64,000 bases of DNA, taken from Nibricoccus sp. Its GTDB lineage: Bacteria > Verrucomicrobiota > Verrucomicrobiia > Opitutales > Opitutaceae. The position numbers and the translations under genes were made by a program. Position 1 is the stretch's first letter. Every line of letters begins with the position of its first letter. Below the pieces are notes generated by a model that had not been told where the DNA came from, did not search any database, and saw only the letters and a list, made by a program, of their open reading frames with translations. The DNA is taken from NCBI GenBank assembly GCA_047602425.1, contig JASGHG010000001.1, forward strand, positions 4,544,001-4,608,000, written 5' to 3'. Below are positions 11,290 to 20,591 of this stretch, piece after piece.

Positions 11290-12330
11290 TTAAGCCCAGA
11301 TTCCGCGGCTGGCCTGAGAACGAACGATGCCAGCCAGCATGCCAATCGCGATACCGACGGCATCCGATGCGCCCAAACGAAGGCCGGCGGGACCTTCGAT
11401 TCTTTTAAGTTCGGTTTCAGCGACGCCCAGCAATTTCAAGCGGTCCAATCTCATCGCGTGACTGCGCTGACTGCCGAGAGCGCCAATATAGCCAATCGGG
11501 GTTTTGAGCAAAGCGACCAACGCGGGATCGTCGATTTTCGGGTCGTGGCTGAGAACGAGCGCGGCATCGCGGTGGGTGGGCGAAAATGTGGAGAAATCCT
11601 CCGGCCAGGCGTTAATGAGTTGCGCGGGTGCGATGGAAAAGCGCTCCGAACTTGCGTAGTAGCGCCGCGGGTCGATGACGATGCAGACGAAACCCGCGTT
11701 TTGCGCGAGGGCGACAAGATGGGCGGCGGTATCGACCGCGCCGACAATGAAAAGCCGCGGAGAACGAACCAGGGTTCTGATAAAAAAAGGCGTTCTACCG
11801 AACGTATCGAAAGTACTAACGGCTTCTTCGGCCAGACGAGTCTTCGCCCGATCGAGTTCCTCGGACGAAAATGCGCCGCGGGCGCCGGCGGAGTGGCCTG
11901 CGAGGTCGAAGCCAAAGTGTTGGTCCCCGCGCGAAAGAATCACGGCGTTGGCATCGGAGCGAAGCCAGGAGTGAATTTGCAGCGCGAGCGCTTTCATTTC
12001 CGGTTGCGGCTGGTTGGCGAACCATGGGTCTAAGCGCACCTCCACGTATCCGCCGCAACTCAAACCATCCTGCCAGAGAGGCGTTCCGTCCGGCCCGAAA
12101 CGCATGACGCGATGGGTGCCGCTTGCCTGGACTTCTGTTGCAGCCGCAATCACCTCGTTGTCGAGACAGCCGGCGCTGACAGAGCCGGCAAAACGATCAC
12201 CGGTGGCGGAAACGAGCAGGGAAGAGCCGGGTGCCCGCGGGGTGCTGCCTTCGGTGCGCATCACACTGGCGATGACAAAAGGTTCGCCGCGTTCGATCCA
12301 ATCCAGTAGTTGCTTTCGAAAACCGGGCAT
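11290..12330 (-). CDS. XdhC/CoxI family Moco insertion chaperone
   Basis: GSTPRAPGS, GSVSAGCL, LSCGG, SHDPKID, YIGALGS, GPAGL. Confidence 0.9.
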   Translation of the reverse strand: MPGFRKQLLDWIERGEPFVIASVMRTEGSTPRAPGSSLLVSATGDRFAGSVSAGCLDNEVIAAATEVQASGTHRVMRFGPDGTPLWQDGLSCGGYVEVRLDPWFANQPQPEMKALALQIHSWLRSDANAVILSRGDQHFGFDLAGHSAGARGAFSSEELDRAKTRLAEEAVSTFDTFGRTPFFIRTLVRSPRLFIVGAVDTAAHLVALAQNAGFVCIVIDPRRYYASSERFSIAPAQLINAWPEDFSTFSPTHRDAALVLSHDPKIDDPALVALLKTPIGYIGALGSQRSHAMRLDRLKLLGVAETELKRIEGPAGLRLGASDAVGIAIGMLAGIVRSQASRGIWA

Positions 12331-12345
12331 TTGTTCGTGTGCAAG

Positions 12346-14532
12346 CTAGGTGGCGGCTGTCGCGAGCGCTTTTTTCACGCGCTCCGGAGTCATTGGAAGA
12401 TCGAGCAGGCGGGCGCCGGTGGCATCGTAAACCGCGTTCGCAAGGATGGCGCCCATCAGAATAATCGCAGGCTCGCCGCCACCCTGGGGAGGAGCGTCGT
12501 CGGCGTCGAGAATCACGGTTTCGATCTTGGGCACCCAGGAGAAACGCGGGAGCTGGTAGCTGTCGAAATTAGTATCGTTGAGCACACCGGCCTCGAAATG
12601 GATTTCTTCGGTGAGCGCATAACCAAGGCCCATGGTGATGCACCCCTCCATTTGGAGTTTGGCCCCAGCGGGATTGACCACGAGGCCCATTTCCTGGGCG
12701 CAAAGCACGCGTTTAACCGTGATTTTGCCGTCGTTTTTATCGACGGCGACTTCCGCGATCGAGGCCACCACAGTGCCGGCGTCCGAACCGCAAGCTACAC
12801 CCAAACCACGGCCGCTGCGACCGACGGCGGGAGTCCAACCCCAGCTTTTGGCGGCGGCTTCGAGGACGCGACGCAGACGCGGGTCGGTGAGATGTCGCAA
12901 TCGAAATTCGATCGGGTCGACACCAGCGAGCTCCGCCAATCGTGAGATATGCGATTCGCGGGCAAAAGCATTGGTGTTGCAACCGGGAGCGCGCCACGCG
13001 CCGATGTTGAACGGATGGACGCCTGCAGGGCCGTTGAAATTACCGACGGACGATACGCGATGGTTCGGTATATCGTATAAAACATCGCCGCCGCGATCGC
13101 CGGCGAAGCGTACTTCGTAGTCCCACAAAATCATGCGCCCACTTTCATCGAGGCCGGATTTTATATTTACGACGGCAGCGGGGCGAAAGGTGTCGTTGAA
13201 AAACTCCTCTTCGCGCGTCCACATAACCATGACGGGCTTGCCCGCGGCCTTCGAGAGAAGGGCGGCCTCGACGGCCTGGCGATTGGCCGACTTGCCGCCA
13301 AAACCGCCTCCGACATGGGGTGTGATCACGCGCACACTCGTTGTTGGCAGGCCAAGGGCTTTGGCGATTTCCTCACGTGCACCGAACGGATTCTGCGTGG
13401 ACGCCCAGACTGTGGCATTCTTCTCCTCGACGTTTGCCAGCGCGGTATGTGTTTCCATTGGCGCATGGGCAACGTAGGCGTTTCGGTAAGTGGCCTCGAG
13501 CGTGCGGGCTGGTTTGGTTTGTCTCGGATCGATGGTTCCTGCCTGCTTGACAACGCGAACGGGAACCTGCGCCTGCGTGAGATGATCGTAGATGTTTTTG
13601 TCGTCCAGCGTCGAGGGCGACGGAGCGTATTCGGCGCGAATTTTTGCGAGCGCTTCTTCGGCCACTTCAGGCAGCGCATGGAGCACGGCGATCAAATCGG
13701 TTTGCTCGACCACCACCGTTTCAGCGATTGCCCGTGCGGCCGACGTATCGACATTCAGAATACGCGCGCCGTGGGCCGGGGGACGAAGCACTCGGGCGTA
13801 AAGCATCCCAGGCAGGCGAAGATCGCCGGTGTAGCGGGCTTTGCCGGTGACTTTGTCGCGTGCGTCGCGGCGAAGAAGCGGCTTCCCGGCGATTTTGAAC
13901 TGCGATGGTTTCTTTAGGTCGGGTTTTACCTCGAGATGGCGTTCGATCTTTTTCCCTTTTGTGAGTTTTCCGTAACTGATGCTTCGCGACGGGTCTTTCA
14001 AGTCGATCACGAGACCATCGCGAGTGATGAGTTGATCGGCGGGAACCTGAAGCGCCTCGGCTCCGAGGAGGATCAATACACTCCGAGCTTCAGTCGCGGC
14101 GGCGCGCAGGAGCGGTCCGAAAGCGCGTGTCGTCAAACTGCCCCAAGTGCCGGCATCAAAGGGGCAAAGTTCGGTGTCACCCATGACAATATCGATGCTG
14201 TCGACGGGGACATCCAAATCCTCCGCGAGCATTTGTGGGAGCGACGTGATCGGGCCCTGACCCATTTCGATCTTGCCGGTGAAACACGTTACGCGTCCAT
14301 CTTCGCCAATGCTGAGGAAGGCGTTGAAATCGGTTGGAATTTTTGGCCGGGTCGTGAGCGGTCTGGCTGCTTCCGAGACTTCGGCGCCGAAACCGAAGGA
14401 AGGACTAAGCGCCACATAAACCATTAAACCTGCACCAAGACGCTTGAGAAACTCCCGGCGCGAAGGCAGGCTGGCCATTAGGTCGGAAGGCTGACCCGAA
14501 TGAATTTCGTCAGGCAGAAAATGAGTGCTCAT
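12346..14532 (-). CDS. Xanthine dehydrogenase-family molybdopterin-binding subunit (IorB/aldehyde oxidoreductase-like), Tat signal
   Basis: SRREFLK twin-Arg; EMGQG, AHAPMET, VGGGFGGK, WRAPG, QMEGCITMGLGYAL, GGGEP. Confidence 0.9.
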   Translation of the reverse strand: MSTHFLPDEIHSGQPSDLMASLPSRREFLKRLGAGLMVYVALSPSFGFGAEVSEAARPLTTRPKIPTDFNAFLSIGEDGRVTCFTGKIEMGQGPITSLPQMLAEDLDVPVDSIDIVMGDTELCPFDAGTWGSLTTRAFGPLLRAAATEARSVLILLGAEALQVPADQLITRDGLVIDLKDPSRSISYGKLTKGKKIERHLEVKPDLKKPSQFKIAGKPLLRRDARDKVTGKARYTGDLRLPGMLYARVLRPPAHGARILNVDTSAARAIAETVVVEQTDLIAVLHALPEVAEEALAKIRAEYAPSPSTLDDKNIYDHLTQAQVPVRVVKQAGTIDPRQTKPARTLEATYRNAYVAHAPMETHTALANVEEKNATVWASTQNPFGAREEIAKALGLPTTSVRVITPHVGGGFGGKSANRQAVEAALLSKAAGKPVMVMWTREEEFFNDTFRPAAVVNIKSGLDESGRMILWDYEVRFAGDRGGDVLYDIPNHRVSSVGNFNGPAGVHPFNIGAWRAPGCNTNAFARESHISRLAELAGVDPIEFRLRHLTDPRLRRVLEAAAKSWGWTPAVGRSGRGLGVACGSDAGTVVASIAEVAVDKNDGKITVKRVLCAQEMGLVVNPAGAKLQMEGCITMGLGYALTEEIHFEAGVLNDTNFDSYQLPRFSWVPKIETVILDADDAPPQGGGEPAIILMGAILANAVYDATGARLLDLPMTPERVKKALATAAT

Positions 14533-15011
14533 GACTTGATTTCTCCTCTCATGGCAGCGGCGGCTTCAAGGATCGCGTCGACGATTCTCGCGTGAGCGCC
14601 GCAGCGGCAAAGGTTGTCGTTCATCCCGGCGATCACTTTTTCGCGCGTGGGATTTGGGTTCTTCTGCAGCAAGCTGTAGGCTGTGAGAATCATGCCGGGA
14701 GTGCAGAAGCCGCATTGCAGGGCATCGTGCGCGACGAAAGCTTTTTGCAGCGGGTGCAGTTCGCCGTCTTTCGCGAGTCCCTCGATGGTGACGACGTCTT
14801 TTCCTGCGATGGTGCCAACTTCAATCGAGCAGGAGCGCTCGGCGCGCTGATCGACGAGCACAGTGCAGGCGCCGCATTTGTCGATACCGCAGCCGAATTT
14901 TGGACCGGTGATTGCGAGATCGGTGCGAAGAACCCAAAGCAGCGCGCGATCGGGTTCTGCTTGGACTTCGACCGGCTGCCCATTGAGCCGGAAGGAAATG
15001 GTCTTTTGCAT
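14529..15011 (-). CDS. (2Fe-2S)-binding small subunit (IorA/CoxS-like)
   Basis: GPKFGCGIDKCGACTV, QCGFCTPG, NLCRCG; ATGA overlap with the large subunit. Confidence 0.92.
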   Translation of the reverse strand: MQKTISFRLNGQPVEVQAEPDRALLWVLRTDLAITGPKFGCGIDKCGACTVLVDQRAERSCSIEVGTIAGKDVVTIEGLAKDGELHPLQKAFVAHDALQCGFCTPGMILTAYSLLQKNPNPTREKVIAGMNDNLCRCGAHARIVDAILEAAAAMRGEIKS

Positions 15012-15150
15012 GACGGGGCTTGATTGAAGACGAGGTTTTCCCGTGACCGCTGAATGCGCGGCACAGATGGGGACGGCAAACCTTGTCGTTTTTTCGCCCG
15101 AGCGCGAGCCCGGTTCATGTATTCTCCGCTGACCAGTAAGACCGGAGATC

Positions 15151-15762
15151 TCAGCTCAGCGCTTTTTTGATCAGTTGCTCGGTCGTGGCGGTCGGACCGA
15201 GGGCCAGCGTGGCCCGTCGGATCGCGGTATCGGCGTCGGCGGCTTTGTAACCGAGAGCGGTCAACGCGAGAATGGCGTCGTGCAGGCGGGTTTCGCCTTT
15301 AGGTGCGGCATCAGGTTCGGTGCCGGCCGCCAGCGTGGCGGCGTCGATATTGCCGGTGGCGCCAACCTTGGCGCGAAGCTCAACGACAAGTCGTTCGGCG
15401 GTCTTTTTGCCGATGCCGGGGCATTTCGAAAGCGTGGCAACATCGCCGCTGCGAATCGCTCCTTCAAGCGACGCAAGCGAGAGTTTGCTCATGATCGTGA
15501 GCGCGCTCTTCGGCCCGATGCCGGTGACGTTTTCGATCATCAGGCGAAAAAAGTCGCGATCGGCCGTCGTGGCGAACCCGTAGAGCGTCTGTGCGTCCTC
15601 ACGATAAATGACGAGGGTGTGGAGTTTTACGACGGTGCCGTTAGGCGGAAGTTTTTCCGCGGTCGTGACCGGGATGTTCACCTCATAGCCGAACCCGTTG
15701 ACTTCGACAATGGCGCGGAGCGGATTGGATTCCGCCAGGGTGCCTTGGATGGAAGTGATCAT
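15151..15762 (-). CDS. ruvA: Holliday junction branch migration protein RuvA
   Basis: GFGYEV, REDAQTLYGF, VTGIGPKSA, PGIGKKTAERLVVEL, ALTALGY. Confidence 0.95.
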   Translation of the reverse strand: MITSIQGTLAESNPLRAIVEVNGFGYEVNIPVTTAEKLPPNGTVVKLHTLVIYREDAQTLYGFATTADRDFFRLMIENVTGIGPKSALTIMSKLSLASLEGAIRSGDVATLSKCPGIGKKTAERLVVELRAKVGATGNIDAATLAAGTEPDAAPKGETRLHDAILALTALGYKAADADTAIRRATLALGPTATTEQLIKKALS

Positions 15763-15771
15763 GAGGGAATA

Positions 15772-15848
15772 GTGAGTAGTTTAGTTGGTAGATAGTAGTT
15801 AGTACGGGCTCAATATCTACTATCTACTAGATGCTAAATACCAGCTAC
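15772..15848. repeat. Intergenic degenerate heptamer tandem repeats in inverted orientation (hairpin)
   Basis: Left arm GTTGGTA GATAGTA GTTAGTA; right arm TATCTAC TATCTAC TAGATGC TAAATAC CAGCTAC; 15788-15798 pairs perfectly with 15817-15827. Confidence 0.7.
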
Positions 15849-16576
15849 TTCAGGCCGAGCACATCCTGCATGTCATAAACGCCGGGCGTGCGTGAAATGA
15901 GCCAGTGGGCGGCGCGGAGGGATCCGCGGGCAAAAATGTTGCGATCGGAGGCCTTGTGCGTGAGTTCGACGCGTTCGCCGAGCGCGGCAAACATCACGGT
16001 ATGGTCGCCGATGACATCGCCGCCGCGGAGAGCGTGAATGCCGACCTCAGTGGGCGTGCGTTCGCCGGTGATGCCTTCGCGTCCGTGACGGAGCGCTTCG
16101 GCGGTGAGCTTGCGTTCTTCGAGAATGATTTCGAGCAGGCGGGCGGCGGTACCGCTGGGCGCGTCCTTTTTGAAGCGGTGATGCATCTCGATGACCTCGG
16201 TGTCGTAGTCGGCGCCGAGGACTTGCGTGGCGCGATGGGTGAGGGCGAAGAGAAGATTAACACCGACGGAATAATTGCCCGACCAGACGCAGGGAATTTT
16301 CGCGGCTTCCTTGAGCAGCGTGGCCTTTTCCTCAGCGGAATGGCCGGTGGTGCCGATCACGAGCGGTTTTTTTGCCGCGGTGCAGAGGCGAATGACCTCG
16401 GCGGTCGTCTTGTGAAAACTAAAGTCGATGACCGCATCCGCTTTTTGAATACCGGTGGCAAGGTCGTCGCCTTGGTCCATTGGCCAGGCGATGACGGCCC
16501 CCGTGGCGGGAGCGGCGGCGGTGATGGCCTGGCCCATGCGGCCCTTGGCTCCGACGAGTGCGATTTGGAGGGGCAT
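15845..16576 (-). CDS. dapB: 4-hydroxy-tetrahydrodipicolinate reductase
   Basis: GAKGRMG, VIGTTG, EMHHRFKKDAPSGTA. Confidence 0.96.
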   Translation of the reverse strand: MPLQIALVGAKGRMGQAITAAAPATGAVIAWPMDQGDDLATGIQKADAVIDFSFHKTTAEVIRLCTAAKKPLVIGTTGHSAEEKATLLKEAAKIPCVWSGNYSVGVNLLFALTHRATQVLGADYDTEVIEMHHRFKKDAPSGTAARLLEIILEERKLTAEALRHGREGITGERTPTEVGIHALRGGDVIGDHTVMFAALGERVELTHKASDRNIFARGSLRAAHWLISRTPGVYDMQDVLGLK

Positions 16577-16583
16577 GATGGTT

Positions 16584-17474
16584 TTACTTGAGACCGAGCG
16601 GGGCGAGGCTGGCGAGGAGGGTTTCGCGATTGGCCTTGGTCATTTCGCAGAGCGGCGAGCGAACCTCGTCGGAGGCGATGCGACCGATGTGGGCTAGGGC
16701 GGTTTTCACCGGAACGGGATTGGGTTCGATGAAAAGCGTCTTGAAGACCGGATAGAGCTTCCGGTGGATCTTCGTGGCCTTGGCGAATTCGTCGGCGAGG
16801 GCGAGCTCGGTGAGCTGCGCGATTTCCTTTGGGAAAAGATTGGAGGCGACGCTGATCACGCCTTCGGCGCCGACCGACATGAAAGGCAGAGTAAGGCTGT
16901 CGTCGCCGCTGAGCACCGTGATGTCCTTGCCCATGGCTTGCTTGAGCTGGTCAACGCGATCCACAGAACCGCCTGCTTCCTTAATGTAGCGAACGTGCGG
17001 ATACTTTGCGCGAAGGCTTTCGATCACAGGCACGCCGATTTCGATGCCGCAGCGTCCGGGAATCGAATAAAGGATGATCGGCTTGTCAGTGGTTTCGGCG
17101 AGCTCGGAGAAATGACGGAACAGACCCGCCTGACTGGGCTTATTATAGTAAGGCGCGACGATCAACATGGCGTCGGCACCGGCATCGTGAGAAAGCTTGG
17201 TCAATTCGACGGCTTCGTGCGTGGAATTTGATCCTGTGCCCGCGATGACGGGAACGCGGCCACGCGAAACCTCAATGGTCGTGCGGATGACGTCCATGTG
17301 TTCCTCGTAAGAAAGGGTGGGCGATTCCCCCGTGGTTCCGACAGGAACCAGACCATGGATGCCCGCCTTGATCTGGGCCTCTACGAGCTTGCGCAGGTCG
17401 TCAAAAGCGACGGAACCGTTCTTGAACGGAGTAATAAGGGCGGTGATGGCACCAGTGAGCGGTCGGAGTTTCAT
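16584..17474 (-). CDS. dapA: 4-hydroxy-tetrahydrodipicolinate synthase
   Basis: ALITPF, GTTGESPTL, APYYNKP, IKEA, SGDD, EPNPVPVK. Confidence 0.96.
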   Translation of the reverse strand: MKLRPLTGAITALITPFKNGSVAFDDLRKLVEAQIKAGIHGLVPVGTTGESPTLSYEEHMDVIRTTIEVSRGRVPVIAGTGSNSTHEAVELTKLSHDAGADAMLIVAPYYNKPSQAGLFRHFSELAETTDKPIILYSIPGRCGIEIGVPVIESLRAKYPHVRYIKEAGGSVDRVDQLKQAMGKDITVLSGDDSLTLPFMSVGAEGVISVASNLFPKEIAQLTELALADEFAKATKIHRKLYPVFKTLFIEPNPVPVKTALAHIGRIASDEVRSPLCEMTKANRETLLASLAPLGLK

Positions 17475-17556
17475 TTAGCGTTTACAGGAAGATACCTTGC
17501 ACATCAAACCAGTCCTATTTACCAAAGGCGCAAGGTTTTTTAGCCTGTATTCCCCC

Positions 17557-18645
17557 ATGTCGTTACATACTGAAATCTTCAATGACCTGTTAAAACTCGC
17601 GGTCGAGAGCGGCGCCAGCGATGTCGTGGTGAAATCCAACAAACCCGGCTACGTCCGTCTATCGGGTCGTTTGAAACCCGTCGACATGGACCCGATCGCC
17701 GGCACCGAAGCGCAAGCTTTCGTCGACGACCATGTTCCGCGCATCTTCAAGCAGCAGTGGGAAACCCTCGGCCAGATCGACTTCGCCTATACGGCGGAGA
17801 ACATCGGCCGTTTCCGCGTAAACGCTTTTCACCAACGAGGAACAGTCAGCGTGGTGTTTCGTCACGTGAAGAGCCGCGTGCCGAGTTTCAAAGAGCTTAA
17901 CCTCGACGAAGAACCGCTCCTTAACCTCGCGAAAGCGAAAGATGGCATTCTCCTCATTTGCGGCGCGACCGGTGCGGGCAAAAGCTCCACCATGGCCGCT
18001 ATCCTTGACTGGGTTAACCACAACCACGACCGCCACATCGTGACCATCGAAGATCCGATCGAGTACACGTTCCAAGACGACAAGTCCGTCTTTAACCAAC
18101 GTGAAATCGGCCTCGATGTGCCGGATTTCGCCACGGCGATCCGCTCGGTGCTCCGTCAAAATCCCGATATCATTCTGATCGGTGAAATGCGCGACCGCGA
18201 AACCTTCGAAACCGCCATCGCCGCCGCCGAAACCGGTCACTTGGTGCTTTCGACCATGCACGCCGCGACCGTGGCACAATCGCTCACGCGTCTCTTCGAA
18301 TTTTTCCCGCCCGAGCAGCAGCAGAGCGCCCGCCGACAGATTTCCGGCTCGATCTGCGGTATCGTTTGTCAGCGCTTGATTCCTGCGCTGGAAGGCGGCG
18401 GTCGCATCCCGGCCACGGAAATTCTCAATGCCGATGCCACGATCAAAACCCTGATCCTCGAAGGCAAATTCGAGAAAATTCAGAGCCTGCTCGAAAGCAC
18501 CGGCGACACGAAAACCTATTCGTTCAACAAAGACCTTTACCGCCTCGTGAAGGCGGGTCTCATCAGTAAAGCCGATGCACTGCGGTTTTCGCCAAATCCG
18601 CAGGCGCTCGACATGAATCTAAAAGGCATCTTTATTACCGCTTAG
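17557..18645 (+). CDS. PilT/PilU-family type IV pilus retraction ATPase
   Basis: Start ATG 17557; RFRVNAF, GATGAGKSS (Walker A), TIEDPIE, LRQNPDIILIGEMRD, AETGHLV. Confidence 0.92.
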   Translation: MSLHTEIFNDLLKLAVESGASDVVVKSNKPGYVRLSGRLKPVDMDPIAGTEAQAFVDDHVPRIFKQQWETLGQIDFAYTAENIGRFRVNAFHQRGTVSVVFRHVKSRVPSFKELNLDEEPLLNLAKAKDGILLICGATGAGKSSTMAAILDWVNHNHDRHIVTIEDPIEYTFQDDKSVFNQREIGLDVPDFATAIRSVLRQNPDIILIGEMRDRETFETAIAAAETGHLVLSTMHAATVAQSLTRLFEFFPPEQQQSARRQISGSICGIVCQRLIPALEGGGRIPATEILNADATIKTLILEGKFEKIQSLLESTGDTKTYSFNKDLYRLVKAGLISKADALRFSPNPQALDMNLKGIFITA

Positions 18646-18658
18646 CGCCACGAACCGC

Positions 18659-19558
18659 GTGGTGCGGCCTTTTGTGAAACGAAACCTCGCAGTTATCGCA
18701 GCCTTGGCGCTGTGCGCACTCGCGCACGGACAAACATCTTCGAGCAACTCGACCCAGTCTCCAGCGACCGGCGAAAACACCTTGGAATCTGCCCGTCGCG
18801 AGTTGAAGGAACTGCCTGCATTGGAACGCTCACGCGACGTACTCGGCAAACACCCCGGCCTCGGCTCCGCCGGACTGCCCACGCTCACGCTGCCCGGAGA
18901 CGCGGGCAACTCCACCGCGCGACCCGACCCTGATAAGCCAATTTCAACCAACTGGTTACAGGATGCTTTGAACCAGACCGACGCCGAGGCCGCCACCCGC
19001 CGCCGGTCGAACGATTCCTCCCTCGTACACGAGCGCGACCAAGGAGGCGGTTACAAACCCGTTGAGGCTCCAAATCCCTTGGGACAATTCATGGCGCAAT
19101 GGATTTCGCCGCGCGATCTTGAGCTTTTGCAGGCTGGCCAAGACACGAAAAAATCCAACGGAGCGACCGACCCCTTCGTTAAATCTTGGGAGCCCTTGCG
19201 CCCTGCGGGATATCAAAGTCCGATCACCGATGTTGCTCGTAGCCCGTTGTCCGAACCAAACGACACGCCCCTCGTTCCGATTCTGGCAGCGCCTCGAAAT
19301 CCTTACATCGAAGAGCCCGATTCAACGCCGCCGCCGAGCCCGAATTTAATGCTTTCGCCGGCTGCGTTAGGCCGGCCTCAGCCGGATCGTTCCCGCGGCC
19401 CGGAATCACTTTCGTCTTTGCCTGTCGCGAGTCCGTCAGGCCCGAACCAGCCGGCCACTCTCAAACCCGCTGCCACGCCGGTTGCCGAACCACAGCGCCC
19501 GCCGACGGCTCCAATCGTCGACGACCGCAAATACTTCCCGCAACTTCGCCGGTTTTAG
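18659..19558 (+). CDS. Hypothetical secreted Pro-rich protein
   Basis: Signal-peptide-like N-terminus; low complexity; C-terminus DDRKYFPQLRRF; fills the gap between pilT-like gene and fabD. Confidence 0.65.
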   Translation: MVRPFVKRNLAVIAALALCALAHGQTSSSNSTQSPATGENTLESARRELKELPALERSRDVLGKHPGLGSAGLPTLTLPGDAGNSTARPDPDKPISTNWLQDALNQTDAEAATRRRSNDSSLVHERDQGGGYKPVEAPNPLGQFMAQWISPRDLELLQAGQDTKKSNGATDPFVKSWEPLRPAGYQSPITDVARSPLSEPNDTPLVPILAAPRNPYIEEPDSTPPPSPNLMLSPAALGRPQPDRSRGPESLSSLPVASPSGPNQPATLKPAATPVAEPQRPPTAPIVDDRKYFPQLRRF

Positions 19559-19605
19559 GGCTTGGCCCCGCCGGTCGGGGACTTTACGAGTGTACCTTTT
19601 ATTTT

Positions 19606-20511
19606 ATGGCACTCGCACTTCTCTTCGCCGGTCAAGGCGCCCAAAAAGTCGGTATGGGCAAATCGCTCTACGAAAATTCCGCGGCTGCTCGCGCCCTCTA
19701 TGATGAGGCTAATCGCGTGCTGGGCTGGGACTTGACCAAGATCTCGTTCGAAGGTCCTGACGCTGAGCTCACGCAGACCAAAGTCTGTCAGCCCGCGCTT
19801 TTCGTGCACGGCCTCGCGCTGCACGCCGCGCTGAAAGAACAGGGCAAATTGCCTACCGTGAGCTACGCGCTCGGCTTGAGCTTGGGCGAAGTCACGGCGC
19901 TGACCGCCGCAGGCGTTTTTGATTTTTCGACCGGCTTGAAAGTCGTCGCCGAACGCGGTCGCCTCATGCAGGTCGCCTGCGAGCAAACCGTCGGCGGCAT
20001 GGCCGCCATCGTCGGCGAAGAGCGCAGCACCGTTGCGACGCTTTGCCAGGAATTCGACGTCGAAGCCGCGAATTTCAACGCTCCCGGCCAAATCATCATC
20101 TCCGGCGAAAAAGCCAAAATCGAAGCCGCCGTCGAAGCCGCTAAAGCCCGCGGCATCAAAAAGGCCATGGCGCTCAACGTCGCCGGTGCGTACCACAGCC
20201 GCTTGATGGTTCCAGCGCGCGATGCGTTCGCGAAGTTCCTTGAGACCGTAAAATTCAACGCTCCGCAATTCACCGTCTTCACCAACACCACCGGCAAAGC
20301 TGTCTCGAACCCCGACGACATCCGCGCCGCGCTGGTGAAACAAGTCGTGTCGTCCGTCCTCTGGGAAGACTGCATGCGCAGCGCTGTCGCCGCGGGTGCC
20401 ACGGAATTTCTCGAACTCGGCATGGGCGGCGTTCTCGCCGGTCTCGCCCGACGCACCGACAAAGCCTGGGTCGTCAAATCGATGGCCGAGTATTCGGACA
20501 CCACGGCTTGA
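19606..20511 (+). CDS. fabD: Malonyl CoA-ACP transacylase
   Basis: FAGQGAQ, QPALF, GLSLGE, AYHS. Confidence 0.95.
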   Translation: MALALLFAGQGAQKVGMGKSLYENSAAARALYDEANRVLGWDLTKISFEGPDAELTQTKVCQPALFVHGLALHAALKEQGKLPTVSYALGLSLGEVTALTAAGVFDFSTGLKVVAERGRLMQVACEQTVGGMAAIVGEERSTVATLCQEFDVEAANFNAPGQIIISGEKAKIEAAVEAAKARGIKKAMALNVAGAYHSRLMVPARDAFAKFLETVKFNAPQFTVFTNTTGKAVSNPDDIRAALVKQVVSSVLWEDCMRSAVAAGATEFLELGMGGVLAGLARRTDKAWVVKSMAEYSDTTA

Positions 20512-20591
20512 AACCCGGCCGCAAGCCCGCACGCTAAGACCTTTTAAACTGTTAGCACCCGCCCGGGCGATGAGCCTTGGCGGGCCCTTGT

